This document shows, in pieces, positions 12,053 through 22,825 of a stretch of 55,594 bases of DNA (its first letter is position 1; each line of letters begins with the position of its first letter). Origin of the DNA: Macrostomum lignano. Lineage: Eukaryota. The position numbers were made by a program, and so were the translations under genes. The DNA lies in assembly GCA_002269645.1 (NCBI GenBank), contig NIVC01003092.1, positions 1 through 55,594 of the forward strand. The letters run 5' to 3'. The notes under the pieces are model-generated. The model worked only from the letters and a program-made list of their open reading frames with translations, was not told the origin of the DNA and did no database searches.

Positions 12053-12354
12053 TGTCGCGTTTTAGAACTCTTTCTTAATTCAAAATGCACACTAGCTCTA
12101 TGTACACGTGACACTGTACATTGCATGAATCAATATTTCAACCCGCTTCACTTGACAATATATATAGTCTGACTTTGGCCAACTTGGGCCTCAAGAGTTT
12201 TGTCGTGCCTAAATGTCTCGCTTGTTCCTACTTAACAGCAGTGTGTGCTTGAGTATTTGGATATAGTTTAATGATGATACAGCTAATATAAAGTTAGATG
12301 GTCTCTAACTTACGTGAGCTGTGGCAAGAAAGCATGAATTCTAAATTGCAAATT

Positions 12355-12478
12355 ACCTGTTAAAGCTGCAGTCTGCATCAGTCCTATGTATTCGAAGATT
12401 CTGACTGATGCAGACCATGTGCTCAGAGTTGACTGTTGCCGACCCGCAGTGTCCCGAACACACGGGACATCAATCAGG
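12355..12478 (-). repeat. Innermost right arm of the B1/B2 inverted duplication
   Basis: Reverse complement of 11290-11410. Confidence 0.85.
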
Positions 12479-12714
12479 GACTGAACCTCGGTTAGAATAC
12501 AGGAAAACTTTATTCAATTTGAATCTTGCAAGAACTAAAACAAAAGTAGCAAGCATGCCGTTTCAATTTCACTGTCAAAGTTCAGTAAGGGTATGATAAA
12601 AAACATTTTCCACGTAACATAAACAGTGAAAATTATATTCATAAACTTTATTATACGATCTGTCTCTCCTTCATCTCCGACTGATCGGTGACTAGCGGAT
12701 TCATACATCGCTGC

Positions 12715-13290
12715 ACCTCGCTGCATCTCTGCTAGCTCCCTGCATCTCTGCTAGCTCGCTGCATCTCTGCTAGCTCCCTGCATCTCTGCTAGCTCCCTGC
12801 ATCTCTGCTAGCTCCCTGCATCCCTGCTAGCTCCCTGCATCTCTGCTAGCTCGCTGCATCTCTGCTAGCTCCCTGCATCTCTGCTAGCTCGCTGCATCTC
12901 TGCTAGCTCCCTGCATCTCTGCTAGCTCCCTGAATCTCTGCTAGCTCCCTGCATCCCTGCTAGCTCCCTGCATCTCTGCTAGCTCGCTGCATCTCTGCTA
13001 GCTCCCTGCATCTCTGCTAGCTCCCTGCATCTCTGCTAGCTCGCTGCATCTCTGCTAGCTCCCTGCATCTCTGCTAGCTCCCTGAATCCCTGCTAGCTCC
13101 CTGCATCCCTGTATCCCTCCTAGCTCCCTGCATCCCTCCTAGCTCCCTGTATCCCTCCTAGCTCCCTGTATCCCTCCTAGCTCCCTGCATCCCTCCTAGC
13201 TCCATGTATCCCTCCTAGCTCCCTGCATCCCTCCTAGCTCCCTGTATCCCTCCTAGCTCCCTGCATCCCTCCTAGCTCCCTGCATCCCTC
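12715..13290. repeat. 19-bp minisatellite (gctagctccctgcatctct, grading into ccctcctagctccctgcat)
   Basis: About 30 copies. The reverse complement gcagagatgcagggagcta matches 16 of 19 nt of the 10672-11228 unit. Confidence 0.95.
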
Positions 13291-13299
13291 CTAGCTCCC

Positions 13300-13560
13300 T
13301 GCATCCCTTCCGTCCCGCTTTATCAAGCAGTATGGAAGGGCGCAGATGCGAGCAGGAAGGCAGCTGCAGTCGAGCGGCCTTGGCATGCACCGAAAGCAGA
13401 CATTGAAGGACAGATGAACACACATTTTTCCGCTCGTCTAAAAAAACCTCCGACAATTCTCCGGTAGGAAAAAAGGACGAGCGGCTACGGACAAAGAAGT
13501 GTATTTAGTGTATTTAGTGATAAGAACTTAGTGAGTAGTCAGATTTCGAGTCACTTAACT
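13300..13560 (-). other. Conserved downstream element of B2
   Basis: Reverse-complement homolog of 10085-10345. Confidence 0.7.
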
Positions 13561-13955
13561 CTAAAATGCTACACTACAATGTTCCCGTCACCAGCAGTAT
13601 AGCGCAAATATCTTAAAATTAACATCTTTGACGTTGATAAATGATGGATAAAAATTGAATTAACGGAGAAAACTTCAGAAAATATTAATGTAAAACCACG
13701 AACGAATCAGATTCATCATGCCTACTTTATAACCCTACCCAGACTATATTGTCTCTAGGCACAAATACGAGCGTATTCTATTTATCTTTAATGGTCTACT
13801 GGTCGCTATCACAGCCTCCCTAGCACTACAAGCGTAAGCTCTTTGTCTCAGAAGAAAAGCCTTAAGGTTCAAAAGAATAAGCAGCATTAATCAGTGACCA
13901 TCCAAGTTAAACCACGACTGGCCAAATCCCATTTCAACAAGCGGTTTCTGCGGCA

Positions 13956-16900
13956 TCAGGTGTCCAAGTTGCAGGTGGCTGAGTCCGACTCCAGCAGGAC
14001 GGACACGAAGCCCTGGTCGCCGGTCCAGGTGCCGCCGAACACGCAGCCGCCACTACAGAAGGAGCCGCCGCCGCCGCCGCTGTGGCCGAAGCCCAGTCCG
14101 GCTCCGCCACCGCTGAAGCCGCCACCACCTCCAGCCGTTCCATTAAGTGGGCTGGTCCTGCTGCCGCATCCGCCGCCTCCGCCGAAGCCTCCGTCGCAGA
14201 CGCTGCCATCTCCGGCGCTGCCGCCGACCCAGCCGTCGGCCAGACTGCCGCCTCTCTCTCCGTCCGAGGAGCTCCTCCTGGGGCTGACGGCCCTGCCGAG
14301 CCAGCCGGCGCCGCAGCCACCGTGGTTGCTATGGCTTGGGGTTCCAGAGGGGCTGTTGGAGCCCGGATTACCGTTGGTGCCGCCGAATCCAGCCAGGGTA
14401 GTGCCGGCACCAAGACTGTCAGAACCGTTTATCCCAGTCTCTCCCTGTTGTCCTACGGTATAATCAAGCAAGCTGCTTATCAGTGGCTTTTCGGTTCATA
14501 ATTTACATATTTTTAGCAAAATGCAGCCACTGAGCTCACCGTTTCTACTAAAGGAAGCTCCGCCGCCTCCGCCGGCAGCAAGCAGCAGCAGCTGGTCGAC
14601 CGTCCGGTACACAAAGCTGCCGCCCCCTCCACCGCCTCCTTCTAAATCCAAGGAGGTCGAGCCGCCCATCTGACCCACAACGATGCTCAGCTGTGTGCCG
14701 GCTGTCAGGTTGACTCTGGCGCTCACCTGGGCTCCCTGGCCTCCAGATGTGCTCCTCAGTAAGTTGTGGCCACCTCTGGCGCCGGCAGCTTTGATCAGGT
14801 AGCAGCCGGTCGTGTTGATGAGGACGCTTTGGATTGAGCCGTTTCTACCTGTGCTGCTGTCTGCAACGGAGCAGCGTCAGCGAGTTACAGAACTGGAGTG
14901 AGTGCAATTTTTGTCTGTGCCAGAATCGTAGTTGCGTTGGTTTGTGACTGGTTCTAACCTGTGACTATCCAGTTTTGAATCCCAATCTTCGGCCCTGCCA
15001 GTGTCGCCCTGCATGCGTTCTCTCTTCCACTTGTCCACGCTGTATGGACTGCTTGGCTCTGTGTGCCTTGAGTGGTGGCCTGGTGGGGGCGGGCTTTAGC
15101 CTCGGCGTCTTGTATTTGCATCTCGCTATGTTTACTCAGTGCTTTGGGATGTCTGTATGAGCTCAAAACTTTAGCTGTAAATTTTCGATTTGCCGTCATA
15201 TCTGATATCGACCGGTTAAAAATGGCCCAAGTTCTCACGGCTCTGAGAGACAAAGGCCTGCCGGCTTCGGTAAATACGAGGGGTGATCAAAAAGTTCTGC
15301 AACCTTTTGTTATAGCTTTTAGTTATAGAATCAGCAAAAGCCAAAAACTTACACATATGCGGCTATATCTGTTTGCTATATTTATATGCATTTTTGGCTT
15401 CCAAATGTGCTCCAGTAAAATTTCACAGCCATATATTTTCCATGTGTTTTCAGTAGCTGATGGAAACATCAAAAGACAGTGTTCGCTTCTATATCTTTAT
15501 GTGCATGCAACTTGGTTGCAAAGTGACAGAGATTCACACCATGTTTTGTGAATGTTTTAGCTGACTCTGCTCCATCATTTGACACAGTTGCCTGCTGTCT
15601 CGCATACTGCTTCATTCTATCCCGTCTCGTCTCCTTCGTCATACTCTATACAGTCGCGTCTGATGGCGCCCTAACTACTGACAAATGTAGAGGTTTATCC
15701 ATTCATAGAATGTTACTGTAAGTAGACTAATGCAAACACGCATAGCAAAACTTAAACTGTTAATCATGTTACTATTAAAACGGAGAAATGGATCATGTTA
15801 TCATTTATAATGAAAAAGATGAATCATGCTACTCGTATTATTCATATCTCGCAAAAATTGCTTATAAATACAAGCAAAAAATCCGAGATGGAATCTTAGA
15901 CTCGGAGCAGCCTCAAGAGGACTTGAGAACAACCAAGAACTACGAGGCTACATCTCTGAGAGAAGTAAATACCGTTCGGTAAGTCTTTGTTGGAGTCTTT
16001 GTTATTTGATTACTGAGAGCTTTGTTACCGCCGGCCGTACTGATCAGTTGATTTCTATAGAGTTGTTGACTTTGAGGCCTCCCTTTTCCTAAGGGATTGG
16101 ATAAGATCTGCGGACCGATACCGATACTCTTAGACGATTATCGATTGATTGATTTTGGTACCCTAGAGTAACAGATAGGGGCACAAGACTCTGATTCTCC
16201 CTCAGAAGACGCCCTCTCAGAGGACCTCGTTATTGTTACTGGGTAATAGATGTTACTACGTAATATTGCTAATAGGGCTCATCTCTGATTTTGATTACTA
16301 ATTTCGAAGAATACATTGACGTCGACAGATCGAATTGTTACGTTCACTAAAGTGCTCTCATACTCGGCCGACTTCAGAATCCAAGAAACTCCGGAGGAAG
16401 ACTACATTGAGGAGACAAGCTCTATGGATCTGTCTGACAACTGAGGAGCCCGCAATAGTGAGTGATCACTAAATTCTGTTCCCAGACTTGCGGTCTGGAA
16501 GTGGGAGTTTTTGAGTGACTAATCACCACTCTTAAACTACTCACAAAATCTAACCAGCCCGCCAAGCCGCCAGGCAAAGCCGCCAATTCAGACACCGGGT
16601 CGATTTTTCACCCGGTGTCTCACCATAGTTTCAATATACTAGCCTGCGTCATGAATTCTTCATCGTCAAAAAGCCAGCTCAATCAGTCGCCGAAGTCAGC
16701 AACTACGAATCCGCTCTTTGTGAGGACAGAAAGACAGCTGGTTGAGTTCCAGATCAAAGAGGAAGATGAGACTGGCCGCACTTGATTAGAATCAGGTTGC
16801 TACCGCGCATCTCCGTTCGTGGCAATGCTGCTGTTGATCTTCTTTAGGTTTAATGCGTTGGTCTGTGACTGCTTCTGACTTGTTACTAACCAGTTTTAGG

Positions 16901-17725
16901 CAACACTACTCTGCCCTGTCTATGTCGCCTTGCGTGCGTCCTTTCTCTCTCTCTCTGCCCACGCTGTAGAGGGGGGGAGGGCGTTACTCGGCTCTGCGTG
17001 CATGGGGTGGTGACTCGATGGGGGGTGGGCGCCGTCGCCCTTATATTTGCGTCTTGCTCCGTCTAATCAGCGGTTTTGGCTGCCTGCGACAACTCAAAGT
17101 TTTTTCTCTAAAGTTCTTCTTTGCATCACTGTTTTAATTGGTTTTGCCAACTACACTTTGATTTCGAACTTTTGCTTTTACGTGCCATTGCTGCTTTTGT
17201 ATCTTCTCTAGATTTAAAACCACCCACGACTATAAATTGCTGACTCACTCTGAAGATGCACTGCAGGCGAAGGCCAGTCGCTGTCGTTCGCCTTCCACAC
17301 CTTCGCACCGACCTGAGATCCGATGACTTGCTGCACCTGATTTGCTGAGATTGACAGCTTGGCGGTTGTTATGGTGACCATCTCGCACGTGGCATTGCTC
17401 TCCACCGAGACGGCAGCGCTGCAGCTCACCCTCTGGCACTTTGCTAGACAGTCGATATGAGTAGCCTTGGTTGTTGTCGTGACGTTGTTGTAGGCGTTCA
17501 GAACGGCTTCCAGCATGAGAAGCTGCTGCTCTGAGCACACAGAATAAGTCCGCAAACTGGTGCCTTGTACTCGAAGCACGAGAGAGCAGCAAACTGCGTT
17601 GGGGCAATGCGCGGTCAGTAATGAACAGCATGCATTGAATAACTGTGAGCAGCGGTTTTGAGTCAGGAAGGGAGTCACTTACCGAATAAGAAAAGTAATT
17701 GTAAAGACAAAATTTGATCAGTCAT
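13956..17725 (-). CDS. B2: secreted PAN + ALK/LTK-type glycine-rich domain protein, 401 aa; intron 2 expanded by about 2.3 kb of nested insertions
   Basis: Exons 17725-17683, 17593-17249, 14860-14540, 14452-13956; 1206 nt, open frame, phase-1 GT-AG introns. Signal peptide MTDQILSLQLLFLFVCCSLVLRVQG. Intron-2 homology to B3/B5 breaks near 14936 and resumes near 17214. Confidence 0.88.
14940..17213 (+). mobile_element. Two tandem copies of an unclassified ~350-450-bp dispersed repeat; the first is split by nested insertions
   Basis: 14942-15175 is similar to 16855-17100 (gcgttggt.tgtgactg...ccagtttt...gtcgcc.tgc.tgcgt...ctcaaa). 16790-16850 and 17110-17210 both match the 38090-38240 end of a third, inverted copy. 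Confidence 0.6.
15275..15620 (+). mobile_element. Tc1/mariner transposon 5' relic
   Basis: Mariner-type TIR start tacgaggggtgatcaaaagt at 15275. ATG at 15460 gives METSKDSVRFYIFMCMQLGCKVTEIHTMFCE, then after a frameshift DSAPSFDTVA, matching the mariner N-terminal HTH pattern (G..ATEIH..L..VYGD.APS..TV). Confidence 0.75.
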
Positions 17726-17844
17726 GCTCTCTTGATTGTCGGCATTCGATTTCTTGCGATTCTTCTTGAGCAGAAGGCTTGAGAGATAGCTAATTTTGAC
17801 TACTAAAGTCGCGAATCAATTACTCATATGTCCGTTGCTTATAT

Positions 17845-18045
17845 ACTCGCAGGCGGGAAGCAGAGTGGGGTTGGTGCTATTTGTTTTTGAGAGCTGCTTG
17901 TGAGAAGACACTTGCTAGAGACTAAATCAAGTAGATGTGGAAGTAAGTCTGAGCAGAGGCAGGTTTGCAGCCAATCCCAGACTTGAGCTGCCCTCATGGC
18001 TCAGGAGCTTTGTCTATCGATGGCTTTTGGGTGCTGCTCTGCAGG
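17845..18045 (-). promoter_or_regulatory. Conserved upstream block of B2 with a CCAAT box (17971-17975)
   Basis: ctagagactaaatcaagtag...tctgagcagaggc...gcagccaatcccagac.tgagctg is shared with 22960-23150, 36640-36800 and 38560-38760. Confidence 0.6.
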
Positions 18046-18115
18046 AGCTTCTTAAATAGTAATCATAATTGCAGGAGAGTTGTCGTTGCCTTACACAGAA
18101 AGCGGTGCGGCAATT

Positions 18116-18118
<3 letters not shown>

Positions 18119-18186
<68 letters not shown>

Positions 18187-18198
18187 TTCTCTCTCTCT
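18119..18198. repeat. (CT)n microsatellite
   Basis: Read directly. Confidence 0.98.
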
Positions 18199-18199
18199 C

Positions 18200-20110
18200 A
18201 AAGTATCAAATTTGTTTACAATTTTCGACGCGTTTCGCACACTAAGGTGCATCATCAGGTTTATTCCGCAATGATTGATCAAACAATTGAAACGAACTGA
18301 GACAATTCGTATTAAATAGTGTCGGCATATTAATGTGGGAACGGCATTCAGCATGGTTTATTAAAACTGTGAGGTTGAACTGAATTAGCCAGGGGTAGGA
18401 AACGTCAAACAGAACAATGCTGATCAAATTTTAAAATGTCAGTGGTGCGGTGAGCGCATTATCAGCACACGCGGACAGCGTGAGCTACGCCACTATCCAT
18501 AATCTTGGTGCTGAGGGCTTCCACGTTGGCTTCCGGCCTGGCTGTTGTGAAAAAAGAACTGAAGAAAAAACAAATAAGAATGGGCTCCTGCTCTGAGAAA
18601 GTCGATAACATTTTTTGCATCCAAGCTTTGGACCTCCGCATTGTTTCACAAACGGCAGCATAAGGGGTTTGGTAGTTGCGGAAGCTGCCGAAAAAATTGC
18701 TAGAGCCCGTCTTGCGCTGTCTTTCTGTGGAGAGGGAAGTAAAGAGACCGGCGTAACACAAGTGTCTTGCTTTTTTTTTAATTCGATGGTGTACCGCAGC
18801 AGTATGATATTGATTTTTTTCATATAAGCTCCGAGATTTAGATTTTTGGGCTTTTGGGCTTACTTGTCTTACTCCATTGACGCCCGGACACGGTGGATAG
18901 GACGCAAAAACCATACGCCAGTTTTAATAATAGAATCAGCATTTATTTTTTGTGAACATATTCCTTTGTTCCTGCTCCTTCTGTTAAACTCACCCGTCCC
19001 CCTCGCGATGTGATTCTTGCGTCAATGAGGAGAGGGGCAATGAAATATCGGTAGACCAGCCCTAAAATTCCAGTCAATAATAGCAAAATAATACCGACTT
19101 TCTGCGACTTTGGCCCAGAATTTGAAGCTTAATCCCCTGAGTCGCATAAAGATGCGTTGTGGTAATTGCTGGCACGAAAGAAATACCATTGACACATCAC
19201 CCAGAGCCGCAGCATTTTCTGCAGAAGCGACTCCAACTCCAATTATTTCTGGTTGTTTGCTTGGTTTGAGAAGGTATTTAACCGGGCTGTGAGTTTGCAT
19301 CCGGTTGGCAGCGATACTCATTCAGAATGAGAGTAGCGTACTCCAACAGTAACTCGAAACTTGCAGTACTACAGCCGAGTCAGTTGCGTCAGAAGCTGAT
19401 AGATTACAAGCAGTTCAACCTGGCTCAGATCTCTATGCTCGTATGATTCATTTAAAAATCGATCTACCCCATTTATAATTCGGTCAGAAAGTTTCTCATT
19501 TGCTCATTCTCATTATTTTAAATGTTGATGATCATAATCATATGAACTGCGAAGGCGTTCAGGTACAGAATCAGTTCTCGTTGCAAGACTTCGGTGCCAG
19601 GACAAAGCAGAGGCAGAGGAAAATCATTCCAATATTGAAAGAGAAGCCATAGCAATTGTTTGCGCTGTGTCTCGCCTAAAGCACTACCTTCAGAATCGGA
19701 CGTTCGAGTTCCACACTGAACATCAGCCGCTGCTCCGGCTGTATGGTTGCAGCACTCCCGCTGGCACCTCGGCGAGAATCAGTAGATGGGCACTGTAGTA
19801 ACACTGACTTGAATTACTTGCCTTTAGGAAATTAAAAAAATAGCCAAAGACTTTTCCGTAGTAAGTTTAGGATGGGTGCAACTATATTTCTGCTTTTTGG
19901 TTGACAGGTTTAGGAGTCCATAGCGATCAAATTTGTACACCGGAAAAAATACTTTTTATGTATAGAGTACAGATTTTCTCTGATTGCAACAAAGTTATAA
20001 TAGTAGCTGTCATAATCCTCAATTATTACTCCATTACACCTTTGACACCATTGGGTTTAAAGTGCCTGATTAACATTCTAAGCGTTGACTTCTACTTGAT
20101 TCTCAGGATT
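18200..20110. repeat. Segmental duplication, copy 1 (upstream flank of B2); direct repeat of 24085-26070
   Basis: Colinear diverged blocks: 18220 with 24100, 18430-19020 with 24320-24920, 19090-19800 with 25070-25890, 19910-20110 with 25910-26075. Confidence 0.85.
19590..19798 (+). mobile_element. Ty3/gypsy pol RNase H relic
   Basis: Translates as AEENHSNIEREAIAIVCAVSRLKHYLQNRTFEFHTEHQPLLRLYGCSTPAGTSARISRWAL*, matching the gypsy RNase H pattern YSxxEREALAIV.AV..F..YL.GR.F...TDH.PL...ARLQRWAL. Confidence 0.85.
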
Positions 20111-20639
20111 TGTTCTCAGGCTCGCGCTGTCTATAATAGAAACCTGTTGAAACAACTGAAAACTGGAAGCTCCGTTGCCTGTCCATCTGCGCCTTGGCAC
20201 AAAATGGCAGCCTCGATGTCGTCCCGCACGCAGAGCACGACGATCTTCTGCGTGTAGACACCTGCGTGTAGGCACGCTTAAGCCACACATCAATCTCGAA
20301 TGTGTATAGCGAGCAGAAGGCAGCAGATTTCGCTTGCTGCGAAAAGCACGTGACGATGATGCAAAACGGACTGGGAGAAATACTTGAGCACCCGAAAAAA
20401 AAGAATCAGTCTATGACCCTGGTGATTCGTTTCAGCCGGTGCTGTAGAATCCCTCCATCGTTCGCCGCCCATACTAGGGTAGGAAGGGGAAATCGCTCTA
20501 GGTAGATGTCTCAGACACAGCACATGGAAACCCAAGGATTCGCCTTCAAGGCAAAATGTTTAACTTGTAAGGAAAGCTATCGTTTACAAGTTTTGCTTTC
20601 TACTTAACAAGTTTCAAAGCATGCAATTCCAATGAGCCC

Positions 20640-20845
20640 TGGAGTTGCAGCCGAGCGGCCTTGGCATGAGCCGAAAGCAGACACTGAAAGACAGCTGAAC
20701 TCACAAATATTTTTCGCCTGTCTAAAAAAACCTCCAGAAATTCTCTGGCAGGAAAAAAAGACGAGCGGCTACGGAGAGACGAGTGCATTCAGTATTTATT
20801 AATAATTGGGAATTGAGAACTGTTTGAGTTGTCTGAGTGCAAATT
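20640..20845 (-). other. Conserved downstream element of B3
   Basis: Reverse-complement homolog of 10085-10345. Confidence 0.7.
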
Positions 20846-21269
20846 AAGTAGCAGTGAAAAATTCAAGAAAAATTTCAAGGCAGTTTAGTTCGCAAAGTTT
20901 AGGAGGGAAACAGGAAAAAGTGCTGCACTACTTACAATGTTCTTATCGTCAGTAGTATAGTGCAAACAAGTCTCGAAAAAGAGCTCGAAACGATTCGGCG
21001 ATTTCAGGTGTTGGAATTGAGAAATGGATAGAATTCATCGGTTTAACAGAAAGAACTGCGAAAATGATGAATATGAAACTGCGAACTGATCAGATTTTTT
21101 ATGCTTACTGTATTATCCCACCCTTTTATATTGTTAGCAACTTTAATCCATTTACGTGTTATGCTCCCCTAATCACTATCACGGCTTCACTGAAATTCTT
21201 GTCCCAGAAGGCAGGCGTCAAGGTTCAGAAGACTAAGCAGCGTTAATCGGTGACTATCCAAGCCAAAAC

Positions 21270-22825
21270 TCAACTAGTTAAACCCCACCTCAACAAGCGG
21301 TTGCAGTGCCACCAGGTGCCCGAGTCGCAGGCGGCTGAGGCCGACTCCAGTATGATAGACACGAAGCCCTGGTCCCCGATCCAGGTGCCGCCGAAGACGC
21401 AGCCGCCCTTGCAGAAGGAGCCGCCGCCGCCGCCGATGTGGCCGTGGCTCAATCCGGCTCCGCCGCCGCTGAAGCCGCCGCCGGCCCCAGGGGTGCCTTT
21501 CAGTGAGCTGGTCCTGTGGCCGCATCCGCCGCCTCCGCCGAAGCCTCCGTCGCAGACGCTGCCGTCTCCGGCGCTGCCGCCGACCCAGCCGTCGGCCAGA
21601 CTGCCGCCTCTCTCTCCGTCCGAGGAGCTCCGCCTGGGGCTGACGGCCCTGCCGAGCCAGCCGGCGCCGCAGCCTCCATGGGTTCTATCGCTTGGGGTGT
21701 CAGCGGGATTGTTGTAGCCCGGCTGACCGTTGCTGCCGCCGAATCCCATGTATGCGCTGTTTGCTCCGATGCTGTCAGAACCGTTTATCCCAGTCTCTCC
21801 CGGCTGTCCTACATTTAAATTAATCCAACTGCCGATGTAATCTTATGTAATCTAATGCCGGTTTTTGGTTCGCATATTGTAGAATCTACCCTACTGCCGC
21901 TACTGAGCTCACCATTTTCACCGGTTGATGCTCCGCCGCCTCCGCCGGCAGCTAGCAGCAGCAGCTGGTCGACCGTCCGGTACATGAAGCTGCCGCCCCC
22001 TCCGCCGCCTCCTTCGATATCCAACGACGTCGAGCCGCCCATCTGACCCACAACGATGCTCAGCTGTGTGCCGGCTGTCAGGTTGACTCTGGCGCTCACC
22101 TGGGCTCCCTGGCCTCCAGATGTGCTCCTCAGTAAGTTGTGGCCACCTCTGGCGCCGGCAGCTTTGATCAGGTAGCAGCCGGTCGTGTTGATGAGGACGC
22201 TTTCGATTGAGCCGTTTCTGCCTGTGCTGCTGTCTGCAATGAAGCAGCGTCAGCGAGTTATAGAACTGGATTGAGTGCAATTTCTGTCTGTGCCAAAATC
22301 ATGGTAACCATCCACAACTAAGACTATGTATTGATGACTCACTCCGAAGCTGCACTGCAGGCGAAGGCCAGTCGCTGTCGTCCGCCTTCCACACCTTCGC
22401 ACCGACCTGAGATCCGATGACTTGCTGCACCTGATTTGCTGAGATTGACAGCTTGGCGGTTGTTATGGTGACCATCTCGCACGTGGCATTGCTCTCCACT
22501 GAGACGGCAGCGCTGCACCTCACCCTCTGGCACTTTGCTAGACAGTCGATATGAGTGGCCTTGGTTGTAGTCGTGACGTTGTTGTAGGCGTTCAGAACGG
22601 CTTCCAGCATCTGAAGCTGTTGCTCTGAGCACACAGAATAGGTCCGCAAACTGGTGCCTCGTACTCGAAGCACGAGAGAGCAGCAAACTGCGTTGGGGCA
22701 ATGCGTGGTCAGTAATACAGTACACAGCATGCATGGAATAACTGTGAGCATAGGTTTTTAAGTCAAGATTGCAGTCACTTACCGAATAAGCAAAGTAATT
22801 GTAAAGACAGAACTTTATCATCCAT
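21270..22825 (-). CDS. B3: secreted PAN + ALK/LTK-type glycine-rich domain protein, 415 aa (C-terminally extended)
   Basis: Exons 22825-22783, 22687-22343, 22233-21913, 21808-21270; 1248 nt, open frame. TGG at 21312-21314 replaces the TGA of the paralogs and adds WWHCNRLLRWGLTS. Confidence 0.9.

Noticed and set aside
13894-14501. Pro-rich and Ala-rich ORFs overlapping B exon 4 (also at 21250-21818, 34973-35489, 9166-9599)
   Set aside because: Antisense and off-frame shadows of GGC-rich glycine codons; only one frame has splice continuity and domain motifs.
17245-17631. Alternative-frame ORF over exon 2 with a signal-like stretch (FADLFCVLRAAASHA)
   Set aside because: The PAN cysteine frame is the one joined in phase to exons 1 and 3; the alternative frame lacks a conserved start.
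18080-18354. ORFs with SLSL or RERE runs (similarly THTH/CVCV at 44439-44735)
   Set aside because: Dinucleotide microsatellite translations.
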